32,000 bases of DNA from Horticoccus luteus. Lineage in GTDB: Bacteria > Verrucomicrobiota > Verrucomicrobiia > Opitutales > Opitutaceae. The stretch lies in the NCBI RefSeq assembly GCF_019464535.1, contig NZ_CP080507.1, positions 2,010,001 through 2,042,000 of the forward strand, written 5' to 3'. Below, one piece after another: positions 1-7,796 of this stretch. Position numbers and translations under genes: made by a program. The number at the start of each line of letters is the position of its first letter. Position 1 is the stretch's first letter. Under the pieces are notes generated by a model. The model was not told the origin of the DNA. It saw only the letters and a list, made by a program, of their open reading frames with translations, and ran no database searches.

Positions 1-739
1 GGTCGCGGTGCACGCCAGCTTTTTTCTTCTCCTTGGCTATATCGCCTGGGAAGGCGAAAAAGCCGCGGGCCTGCCGGGCGCCCTCTGGAGCGCCACCGCC
101 GTTTGCGCATTCTTTGCCTGCGTGGTTTTGCACGAACTCGGGCACAGTTTCACGGCGATGCATTTTGGGATTCGGGTGCCGCGCATCCTCTTGATGCCAA
201 TCGGGGGCATGGCGCAATTTGATCGGATTCCGCGCGAGCCCCGTCAGGAGCTCCTCATCACGGTCGCCGGCCCCTTGGTGAATTTCGCGCTGGCTGGGTT
301 GCTCTGGTTGGCGGTCTCGTTTCCCGCCGGCTGGATGCAGGTGGAAATCCCGCGGTCCGTAGGTGATCTCGGGCGTCAGCTCTTCGTCGCCAATCTCGTC
401 ATGGGCATCTTCAATTTTCTGCCCGCGTTTCCGATGGATGGCGGTCGCATCTTGCGCGCGTTGCTCGCCTTCCGACTGCCCTATTTACGGGCAACTTGGT
501 GGGCGGCCACGGCGGGCAAAGTTGTCGCAGGATCGTGCATCGTGCTGGTGCTTCTGTGGCCCGCGGACGCGGCATGGGAACAGCGGGGACTGCGCGCCGC
601 CCTTTTTCTTTTCATCTTCATCGCCGGCGAAACCGAATATCGGATGCTCATGCGCCACGAACGGGAAGAGGAACACTGGCGGCGCACCTTGGCGCGTCTC
701 GCCGCGACCCGCACCGATCCGCCCGTGCTCTCGCCGTAG
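1..739 (+). CDS. Site-2 protease family (peptidase M50) membrane metalloprotease, 5' end outside the window
   Basis: The frame is open to the window edge. It has an HELGH zinc motif in a hydrophobic segment (VVLHELGHSF) and a downstream NFLPAFPMDGGRIL motif, both typical of S2P/M50, plus several hydrophobic helices. The codon at base 8 is probably an internal Val, so the true start is likely upstream of base 1. Confidence 0.85.
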   Translation, partial: VAVHASFFLLLGYIAWEGEKAAGLPGALWSATAVCAFFACVVLHELGHSFTAMHFGIRVPRILLMPIGGMAQFDRIPREPRQELLITVAGPLVNFALAGLLWLAVSFPAGWMQVEIPRSVGDLGRQLFVANLVMGIFNFLPAFPMDGGRILRALLAFRLPYLRATWWAATAGKVVAGSCIVLVLLWPADAAWEQRGLRAALFLFIFIAGETEYRMLMRHEREEEHWRRTLARLAATRTDPPVLSP

Positions 740-944
740 CCGTCCTGTCCACCGGCTCTGAAGCGAGGCGCATCGTTTCAAGCGTTCGCCCGCCGCGCTA
801 CTCACACGCGGCACGCGTCACTCGGGGTGCGGATGATCGTTTTATCCGACCAAACCGGCGCGATATGCGCTTCTCGCCGACTGCGCCGGGCTTGTCCCCT
901 ACCTTCCCTTCGGAACGCCTCCCGCTGGGCGACGCCACGTAGTT

Positions 945-1526
945 ATGAGACGCTCTGTGCGCCCTGCCGCCTCTCAACGACTGCCATCCGTTCTCATGTC
1001 CACTGAAGTCCTTCCTCTTGCTCATCTCGCGGTGAAACGCGTCGCCGCGCTCGACGATTTTTCATCGGTCGCGTCCATGTGGCAGACGTTTTGGCGGAAG
1101 TGCGGACGGGCGGCCCGGCACCCGACTCCCGCTGAAACCGTGACGTGCTACGGGCGCCTCGCGAATGCCACGCCGCACTTCCTGACGTTGATTTCAGACG
1201 AACGATTGATCGGCGTAGTGCCGCTTGTCGCCGCCCGCGTGGACGCGGCGCGTGTGCTCCAGCTCTTGGCCCGAGGGAGCGACGAAACCTTCGACGCCTT
1301 GGTCGAACCCGGTTTCGAGCCTGCCGCCGGCACCGCAGTGTTCGAATTTCTCGCCCAACGCGCGGCGGAGTGGGACTGCTGCGAGTTCAGCGGACTCAGG
1401 GCTGGCTCGATTCTGTTGAACCCCGAGGTCCCGTTGACGTGGAGCGACCGCATGGAGCCGCACGACCCTTCGCCCGTGGAAGCTCCTCGCTACCGGCGGA
1501 TATTGCGGCACGCCGCCGCCGCGTGA
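945..1526 (+). pseudogene. N-terminal half of a CelD/BioF2-like GNAT acetyltransferase family protein (truncated remnant or short ORF)
   Basis: The translation has the N-terminal pattern I associate with CelD-like GNAT proteins: W-rich start, ERLIGVVPLVAAR...RVLQLLARGSDETFDALVEPGFEP...FLAQRAAEWDCCEFSGLRAGS. It ends at TGA 1524-1526 before any acetyltransferase core, and family members as I recall them are about twice this length. A likelier start is ATG 996 (MSTEVLPL). The family call is from memory of the sequence pattern, not a search. Confidence 0.45.
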
Positions 1527-1634
1527 AGTTGGCCGGCTGCGTGGCCGGACGTGCTCCCGCTCCCGGGCGCGCCCTCGCGCGTGCCGCAGGTGCAGGCGCA
1601 GGCGCCAGCCCGGGCGGTCACTTGACCCCTGCCG

Positions 1635-3401
1635 GTGCGCGGTATTCCATGGCGGAGCATGTCAACTGCCGCCGTCTCAACGCCCGTGCTCTGCTGTGTG
1701 CTCGCGTTCAACTCCAACAACGAGATCGCAGTGCGGCGGCTCGGCGCGAAAGCCGGCCTGCCCTTCACCGGCGTCGATCTGGCGATGGCGACAGCGCGGC
1801 TTGAGAACGCGTTTGCGGAACACACTCCGCCGCGCGAATTTTACACCGCGGACGGCGGCGGTCGGCGCCACCGCGTGTTTTTCGCCCAAGTCGCCGGCCC
1901 TTCCGCGGACGCCGAAATACGTTTCAGTTCATTCGACGCCCTGCTCGCGGAGCCCAGCGCACTCGCGCCATCGCTGGCCGCCGTGCTGGGCGGGCTCGAG
2001 CCGCATTTGATCGATGTGCCCTATCTGCACCTCGGCGAAAACGAATTCATCTACAAGTTTCGCCCGGAAAAGGAGCGCAACCCTGCGATTTACGCGCGCG
2101 ATCCCGAGGCGAGCGCGCTTTATCAATCGAAGCTCTGCGCCGCGATCAAGACGCTCGCCCGCCGCCATGAGCGGACCGCCACGCCCGCGGTGGCGCTCGA
2201 CTTCGGTCCCGTGAGTTACGTGGTGCCAAGTCATTTCGGATTTTGCCTCGGCGTGAAAAACGCCATCGAACGCGCTTACGAGACCTTGGCCGAAAACCCT
2301 GAGCGCCGTGTGTTCATGCTGTCGGAGTTGATCCACAATCCGTTCGTTAACGAGGATCTGTTGCGGCGTGGGCTGCGTTACCTGCAGACCGACAAGGGCA
2401 CGCCCTATACCACGAGCGGCCGCAAAGCCACGGATGCGCCGGGCGAACCGCTGCTGTGGGATTCTCTCACGCCCCACGATATCGTTATCATCCCGGCGTT
2501 TGGTGCCACGGACGAGGACAAGAAACGGCTCGTGCGCAAGGGCATTGCGGTCTGTCACTACGACGCCACCTGCATGCTCGTGGAAAAAGTCTGGAAAGCC
2601 GCCCGCGCGTTCGGACGGGAAGGTTTCACGGTGATCATCCACGGCAAGCACGAGCACGAGGAAACGAAAGCCACGTTTTCCAACACCCGCCGCTACGCGC
2701 CCGCCGTGATCATCCGCAACCTCGAGGAAGCGCACCTCCTTGGAGAAATCATTGCGCACGGTGGCGAAGAAGGCCAACGCCGCTTCGAAACAACGTTTGC
2801 CGGACGATTCACGCCGGGCTTCTCCGTGGAGCGCGACCTGGCCCGCATCGCGGTCGTCAACCAGACCACGCTGCTGATGAACGAGACCATCGGCATCATT
2901 GAGCACTTGCGCGAGGTTTACCGGCAGCGCTTCGGGGATGCCTCCCTCGTTGGAGGGAGCAGTCGCGGCGATACGCTTTGCTACGCCACGCAGGTCAACC
3001 AGGACGCGCTCAGCCTCGCCCTGCAGGAGCCGCTCGATGCCGCGTTTGTGATCGGCGGACGCAACTCCTCCAATACCTACCAACTCTATCGCCTGTGCGC
3101 GGCGCAACTCGGCGCCAAGGCGTATTTCATTCAGTCGGAGGCGAGCATCCTCTCGCGTGAGGAAGTCGAACATTACGTCTTTCCCGCGAAGGGCGAACAC
3201 GTGGGCGGCCACTTGGAGCGCCGTGCGCTCTGGCCTGACGATCACCAGCCGAAACGCATTCTCGTGACCGGTGGCGCGTCGTGCCCCGACGGCATCATTC
3301 AGCAGGTTATCACCCGCATCAACGGCCTGTTTCCCGCCGCCGCGCTGCGGTCCATTGACGACGTGTTGGCCGATCTAAGCCAAGTCGACGTCAACGCCTG
3401 A
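1635..3401 (+). CDS. ispH: 4-hydroxy-3-methylbut-2-enyl diphosphate reductase (IspH/LytB), plant/cyanobacterial-like long form with an additional N-terminal extension
   Basis: IspH hallmarks are present: FGFCLGVKNAIERAYE (first Cys ligand), SELIHNPFVN, IIPAFGAT, DATCMLVEKVW (second Cys), IIHGKHEHEET, VNQTTLL, DTLCYATQ (third Cys), GGRNSSNT and TGGASCPD. The start is uncertain: GTG 1635, ATG 1659, ATG 1785, or in-frame GTGs around 1986-2223. The first conserved Cys lies about 200 codons into the ORF. Confidence 0.9.
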   Translation: MRGIPWRSMSTAAVSTPVLCCVLAFNSNNEIAVRRLGAKAGLPFTGVDLAMATARLENAFAEHTPPREFYTADGGGRRHRVFFAQVAGPSADAEIRFSSFDALLAEPSALAPSLAAVLGGLEPHLIDVPYLHLGENEFIYKFRPEKERNPAIYARDPEASALYQSKLCAAIKTLARRHERTATPAVALDFGPVSYVVPSHFGFCLGVKNAIERAYETLAENPERRVFMLSELIHNPFVNEDLLRRGLRYLQTDKGTPYTTSGRKATDAPGEPLLWDSLTPHDIVIIPAFGATDEDKKRLVRKGIAVCHYDATCMLVEKVWKAARAFGREGFTVIIHGKHEHEETKATFSNTRRYAPAVIIRNLEEAHLLGEIIAHGGEEGQRRFETTFAGRFTPGFSVERDLARIAVVNQTTLLMNETIGIIEHLREVYRQRFGDASLVGGSSRGDTLCYATQVNQDALSLALQEPLDAAFVIGGRNSSNTYQLYRLCAAQLGAKAYFIQSEASILSREEVEHYVFPAKGEHVGGHLERRALWPDDHQPKRILVTGGASCPDGIIQQVITRINGLFPAAALRSIDDVLADLSQVDVNA

Positions 3402-3428
3402 CGCGCGCCCGCGCAGCGACGCGCCGGC

Positions 3429-4571
3429 TTAGAATCGGAACGTCATGCCCGCGCGCACGCCTTGCAGGCTGCTCAGGTCCACGCGCGTGGAATACGTGCC
3501 GTCGGCCGAAGTGATCGTTTGCGTGTAGGCGCCCGCGTGCTGGTAAACGCCGCCGATGTAAAGTCCGGCGCGTTCCGTGAAGGTGTATTCCAAGTTACCG
3601 TCGACGTAGTAACCGGGCAGAATTTCGCTCACGCCGTCGCTAATGCTCGCCACGATTTCGGACGACGTTTCCGGCTGGAAGATCTGGTCGACCGTGTAAG
3701 TCGAGCCCGCGTAAACGAGCACCGCACCCACACTGACGGTCGCCTTCAAGTTCGCCGTGATCGGAAAGGCCACCGACGGACCGGCGCGAAACGAGTAGAA
3801 CGCACCGTGCAACTTCCACGTGTTCGCGACCGCCGTATTGGAAAAGGTCGGCCCTGTGGTCGTGCGGGCCAGCGGTTGGCTGGAGATCAGCGCGGTATCG
3901 AACGAGTTGCCGTTGGCATCGGTGTATGCACCCGGCGCGTTGTACGGCGCATTGGGCGCGGAAACACCGTTGGCGAAGTAGTAGAGGTCCGTCGTCTTCG
4001 TGATCCGGGCATCCATCTGCGAGCGAAAATTTGCCCGCACATCATTCACGCTCATGCCGCCAATCAGCGTCCACGGCAGCTTGCCGAAGAGTTTGCCCAT
4101 GTCGCGGGAGACTTGCACTTCCACGCCGAGACTCGACTTGGGATTCTGATTAATGGCGCCGGTATTGAGCACTTCGGCCGAGTAAGTGTTCATGGCCAGA
4201 AAGCCATCGCCCAACGCCTGCCGGTTGTCGGCAAAGCTCCAGTTGTTCGTGTAACCATCGGGAGCCACCGGATTGCCGTTCAGATCGGTCCGATGATCAG
4301 GCGCTACCGTGCCATCATGGTAATAACGCACCGCCGTCGAATCGCCCAATGCGCCAATTTGATTGTAGGAATTCACGGTCCCGCTGCCGGAGAACGAAGA
4401 CTTCACGCCGCTCAGCATCCGCGCACCGAGCGTAAAGGTGAACGTCGGCTGGTAGATGAATTCATCGAGGCCGAAATCGAGGTTGATGTCCTCCTGCGGC
4501 GGCTGCTGATCTTGGGCAAAAGCCGAGAGGGCGCAGAGAGCAAAGAGAGGCACAAGGCGGTTGAGTTTCAT
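3429..4571 (-). CDS. Outer-membrane beta-barrel protein (porin-like), secreted
   Basis: The internal ATG at 4569-4571 gives MKLNRLVPLFALCALSAFAQ, a clear signal peptide. The sequence is rich in alternating aromatic/small residues (G/S/T/N/Y) and ends in ...RAGMTFRF, the terminal Phe typical of OMPs. The 582-aa track ORF extends upstream only as an R/G/A-rich artefact. Confidence 0.75.
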   Translation of the reverse strand: MKLNRLVPLFALCALSAFAQDQQPPQEDINLDFGLDEFIYQPTFTFTLGARMLSGVKSSFSGSGTVNSYNQIGALGDSTAVRYYHDGTVAPDHRTDLNGNPVAPDGYTNNWSFADNRQALGDGFLAMNTYSAEVLNTGAINQNPKSSLGVEVQVSRDMGKLFGKLPWTLIGGMSVNDVRANFRSQMDARITKTTDLYYFANGVSAPNAPYNAPGAYTDANGNSFDTALISSQPLARTTTGPTFSNTAVANTWKLHGAFYSFRAGPSVAFPITANLKATVSVGAVLVYAGSTYTVDQIFQPETSSEIVASISDGVSEILPGYYVDGNLEYTFTERAGLYIGGVYQHAGAYTQTITSADGTYSTRVDLSSLQGVRAGMTFRF

Positions 4572-4679
4572 GCAGCGAGGCGGATGGGACGCGTGGAAAA
4601 GGAGAAAGTTGCCAAAAACACCCACGCACAAGCAAGTTTTCCCGACGGCCGAAGATTGCCTTTGCGCCGGCCCTTGGCG

Positions 4680-5186
4680 ATGAACCCCGCTCCGGGCGGA
4701 CTTCGCCCGTTTTTGATGCCTCCTTCGCTGTCCCTCCAAGAACGCTACTCGCCCCACGGCCGCTGCTTCGGCTGCGGCCCCGCCAATGATCGCGGTCTGC
4801 GCCTCCGCAGCTTCGTCCAGTCTGACGGCACGGTGATGGCCGACTGGCAGCCCGAACCGCACCATGAGGCGTTTCCCGGCATCCTCAACGGCGGCATCAT
4901 CGGCGCCCTGCTCGACTGCCACTCCAACTGGACCGCGGCGTGGCACCTCATGCAGCAGCGCAAACTCGACGCCCCGCCCTGCACCGTCACCGCCAGCTAC
5001 GCCGTCAAACTTCTCCGCCCGACTCCCACCGGCGCGCCGGTGCATCTCGTCGCTCGCGTCGCGGAAGCACAGGAAGACCGCGCGCGCATCGAAGCTTCCC
5101 TCACCTCTGCCGGCGTCATCTGCGCCACGTGTGCCGGCACCTTCGTCGCCGTGAAGCCGGGACATCCCGCCTTCCACCGCTGGTAA
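4680..5186 (+). CDS. PaaI-family (hotdog fold) thioesterase with an N-terminal CxxC element
   Basis: This is the 3' part of the 574-aa track ORF. From ATG 4680 (alternative ATG 4716) the protein reads ...CFGCGPANDRGLRL...FPGILNGGIIGALLDCHSNW...ASYAVKLLRPTP, the pattern of PaaI/4HBT-like thioesterases. It is divergent from the OMP gene across a 108-bp spacer. Confidence 0.75.
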   Translation: MNPAPGGLRPFLMPPSLSLQERYSPHGRCFGCGPANDRGLRLRSFVQSDGTVMADWQPEPHHEAFPGILNGGIIGALLDCHSNWTAAWHLMQQRKLDAPPCTVTASYAVKLLRPTPTGAPVHLVARVAEAQEDRARIEASLTSAGVICATCAGTFVAVKPGHPAFHRW

Positions 5187-5191
5187 CGACG

Positions 5192-5671
5192 ATGGATAAA
5201 ACCACTCTTATTCAACGCATCGTCGGCCGCCTGCGCGAAGACTTCGACTTACAAGTGCGCGCCGCCGCTCTCGCCCGCGACGAGGCCACCAACGAAGAGA
5301 GTCGTGCGGAAAACAAATACGACACGCGTGGTCAGGAGGCGGCTTACCTGGCGGAAGGTCAGGCGCGACTCGCCGCCGAGATCGAGCAAAGCATCAACCT
5401 CTATCACGCGTTACCCGCCGATCCTTTTCCGCCAGACGCCCCGGCAGCGTTGGGCGCGTTGATTGAGACGGTTTCCGCCCGGGGCGTTCGCTCGTGGTTT
5501 TTTCTCGGCCCGCGGTCGGGCGGTCTCGAACTTGAGATCGAGGGGCAACACGTCCTCGTCGTCACCCCGGCCTCCCCGCTCGGCCGGCAACTCCTCGGCC
5601 GGCGGGTCGGCGATCAACTCACACTCCCTGGCAAGCCCTCGGCACCGGCGACCGTCGTTGCCGTGCAGTGA
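5192..5671 (+). CDS. GreA/GreB-family elongation factor-like protein (about 159 aa)
   Basis: From ATG 5192: MDKTTLIQRIVGRLREDFDLQVRAA...ESRAENKYDTRGQEAAYLAEGQARL...VVTPASPLGRQLLGRRVGDQL. This matches the short GreA/GreB-like family (coiled N-terminal part with ENKYDT and a C-terminal TPxSPLGxxLLGxxVGD). It starts 5 nt after the thioesterase stop, so an operon is likely. Confidence 0.75.
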   Translation: MDKTTLIQRIVGRLREDFDLQVRAAALARDEATNEESRAENKYDTRGQEAAYLAEGQARLAAEIEQSINLYHALPADPFPPDAPAALGALIETVSARGVRSWFFLGPRSGGLELEIEGQHVLVVTPASPLGRQLLGRRVGDQLTLPGKPSAPATVVAVQ

Positions 5672-6334
5672 TCAACGCCCGTCTTCGAGGCTGAAGACGA
5701 TGGGCACCGCCAGGCGAAACGCGACGGGGCGCCCGTGCACCCGCCCCGGTTCGAATTGCCATTTTGCCACGGCCTTCAACGCCGCCGCCTCGAACAGCGT
5801 TGCCGTCGAACGCACCACCCGTGCCGAATGCACATGACCGGATTGGTCCACCGTGAACTCCACGAGCACTTCGCCGGACAGCCCGTCCTTGCGCGCCTCA
5901 AACGGATAAACCGGCCCCACCTGCGAACGCGTCCGCGGCGCATGATCGAGCGCCACGGGCATCACCGGTCCGCCCACGTCTGAAAATCCCGAGCTTTCTC
6001 CGTGCCCCGGACCAAACGTCCCAGCCGGAATGCGAATGAGTTTGGCCTGCGACGCGGGCGGAGAAGGGATCGTTGGAATCACTATATCATTGGGTTTCGG
6101 CGGACGCAGCGCCTCTTCGGTGTGCGGCAGCGCCACGTCCGGCTTCCCTCCGCCGCCCGAATTCTCCGCGTCCACTGGAATCGGCTCATCAAAAATCGGC
6201 GCCGGTTTCAACTCCATCACCGGCGGATCGACGGGCCTTTCCGATGGCGGACGGGATGGGGAGCGAAACCCAAACAGCAGCGCCAAGTGCAGCGCCGCAG
6301 CAATACCAATGGGCCAGGCGAAGTGTCGTTTCAT
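5672..6334 (-). CDS. tonB: TonB family energy transducer
   Basis: It has an N-terminal membrane anchor (WPIGIAAALHLALLFGF), a Pro-rich spacer, and a C-terminal TonB_C pattern (VGPVYPFEARKDGLSGEVLVEFTVDQSGHV...ALKAVAKWQFEPG). Confidence 0.8.
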   Translation of the reverse strand: MKRHFAWPIGIAAALHLALLFGFRSPSRPPSERPVDPPVMELKPAPIFDEPIPVDAENSGGGGKPDVALPHTEEALRPPKPNDIVIPTIPSPPASQAKLIRIPAGTFGPGHGESSGFSDVGGPVMPVALDHAPRTRSQVGPVYPFEARKDGLSGEVLVEFTVDQSGHVHSARVVRSTATLFEAAALKAVAKWQFEPGRVHGRPVAFRLAVPIVFSLEDGR

Positions 6335-6459
6335 AGTGTGGCTGGGGTTACCAATACCACGCGCGGCACCACGCGTTCTTACGGATTTTCGGTGAAAACT
6401 ATACGTTTTTTTGGAGTGTCACCACAGCGCAAAACGGCGCCAAGCTTGGACTCCCTCCT

Positions 6460-7164
6460 CTAGCGCGCCCCGGCGCACACCGCACGCACATGGTCGCGCA
6501 ACCAGCGATGTCCGTGATCGGCATCAAGCCGCGGATGCCAGAGCATGGAAACGGTGAATTCGGGTGTCGAAACAGGCAGGAGGAAACTGTGCAGGCCCTC
6601 TCGAAGATTGCCCGTGTGGCGTTCGGGAACGGTGGCGATCAAGTCCGACGTCCGCGCGAGGGCGACGGCGGTCGCGAAGCCGGCTACAAGAGACACCACG
6701 ATCTTTCGTTTCAGCTCGAGATGCGCCAACGCGAGATCGATCGCGTCGCGGTTAATGTCGCGCGATACCCCGATGTGGCGGCCTGCGGCGTAACGCACCG
6801 GCGTGATCTTGCCTTTGCTCAACGCGTGGCCTTTCGCCACCACGCCGAGGTACCGATCGCGGAAAAGCGTCTGCGTTCGCAATTCCGGGCTCGTCGTCGA
6901 TTCCAACACGCCGGTCTCCAGATCGACGGCTCCTTCGCGCAATGGCGTGCTGTCTTTGTCTGGCTTCGGCACGAAGCGCAGTTGCACACCCGGGGCCTCG
7001 CCGCTCACCCGGGCGATCAGCGCCGGGCCGAAGTTTTCCACGAAACCCTCACTCGTGCGCAACGTGAAGGTGCGCACGAGCTGCGGCACGTCCAGCTTTC
7101 CAATCGGCCGCAAGGCCGCTTCGCTTTCCTGCACCAGTTGCCCCACGCGGGTGCGCAGTTCGAC
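6460..7164 (-). pseudogene. LysR-family transcriptional regulator lacking its N-terminal HTH domain (5'-truncated)
   Basis: Only the linker helix (VELRTRVGQLVQESEAALRP) and the full LysR substrate-binding domain (LRTFTLRTSEGFVENFGPALIARV...LRFVPK...VATVPERH...MLWHPRLDADHGHRWLRDHV) are encoded. The first 35 codons of the track ORF are antisense to the neighbouring hydrolase fragment and look non-native (RGRASGRRLSRCC...). Confidence 0.7.
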
Positions 7165-7169
7165 CGCGC

Positions 7170-7742
7170 GAGGTGTTCTACGCTTTTGTCGGAACGGGGC
7201 AGGTGGGCGATATGCCACGCAGCACCGCGACAGCCTACGCCCGCTTGCTCGACCTCGCGCATCGAGCATCCGACGGCGAAACCCTCCAAGCTCTCACGCA
7301 GGTGGGGCCGCCGCCGTTCAAGAACATGAAACAGGTCGCCTCGTTCTTTGAGCGGATGGGAAAATACCAACCGGCCGCCGACGCCGTGGCCTTGAACTCT
7401 CTGAAACAAAGCCTGCTTTCTCCGCCTCCTGACTACTCCCTGCGTGATGACGTCAACCGCGCCAGAGGTTTTATGGCGGTGCCGCCTTGGTCTCTCTACA
7501 ATGACCTTCTGAATACCAAGCTCACCGCGCTAGGTCCTGATTTTGACCTCCCGGTGTTCGTCATTCAAGGAGCCGATGACATGGTCACCCCGGTCGGGCT
7601 CACCCGGGAGTTCTTCGAGTCCATTCACGCGCCACGCAAAGAGATGGTCACCATTCCCAACGCCGGACACTTCGCCGTCTGGAGTCACGCGGATTTGTTT
7701 TTGAATGAACTGGTGAAGCACGTTCGACCACTCGCCGGGTAA
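7170..7742 (+). pseudogene. C-terminal part of an alpha/beta-fold hydrolase (5'-truncated, nucleophile motif missing)
   Basis: Homology starts abruptly at (E)VFYAFVGTGQV, a segment that in this hydrolase class follows shortly after the GxSxG nucleophile elbow. A lid region is present, as are the acid (VIQGADDMVTP) and His (NAGHFAVWSH) triad residues. No HG box or GxSxG is encoded upstream, and only a GTG is available as a start. Confidence 0.7.
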
Positions 7743-7774
7743 TCACGGCCCACTCGCATCCACGTCAGCGCACC

Positions 7775-7792
7775 CGCCCGAAAGGTCGGGCG
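7775..7792. terminator. GC-rich hairpin between convergent genes (possible bidirectional terminator, no U-tract)
   Basis: CGCCCGA-aagg-TCGGGCG forms a perfect 7-bp stem with a 4-nt loop. It sits between the hydrolase-fragment stop (7742) and the glgB stop (7797). No T-run follows on either strand. Confidence 0.3.
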
Positions 7793-7796
7793 CGGC

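Noticed and set aside
1524-1625. Possibility that the two in-frame TGA codons are recoded (selenocysteine or a TGA sense code)
   Set aside because: TGA is used as an ordinary stop by many well-delimited genes in this window, including the greA-like gene, scpA, the response regulator, the ABC ATPase and acyP. I saw no SECIS-like hairpin immediately downstream. Decay or sequencing error is more parsimonious.
1929-3245. 438-aa ORF antisense to ispH
   Set aside because: It lies entirely within the well-supported ispH gene on the opposite strand. The translation is R/A/G/V-rich with no recognisable motif. This is the usual stop-poor antisense frame of a GC-rich gene.
3462-4679. 5' 400 codons of the 574-aa plus-strand ORF, and the 4572..5177 upstream extension of the 582-aa minus-strand ORF
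   Set aside because: Each extension is antisense to a well-supported gene (the OMP and the thioesterase respectively) and reads as R/G/V-rich nonsense. Internal ATGs give a clean signal peptide for the OMP at 4571 and a normal-length PaaI thioesterase from 4680.
5669-5674. Abutting convergent stop codons (TGATCA for greA-like/tonB, and TAAgTCA at 23157-23163 for GxGYxYP/TPR-like)
   Set aside because: There is no room for terminators, which is mildly curious. This is common in compact GC-rich genomes, and no additional structure is visible.
5748-5756. tRNA T-loop-like GGTTCGAAT
   Set aside because: The flanking bases cannot form a T-stem or the rest of a cloverleaf, and the site lies inside the tonB coding region.
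6398-6403. TATAGT (minus strand) as a -10 box for tonB
   Set aside because: It lies about 64 nt upstream of the tonB ATG in an AT-richer patch. I found no suitably spaced -35 element, and promoter consensus for this lineage is uncertain, so the support is too weak to list as a feature.
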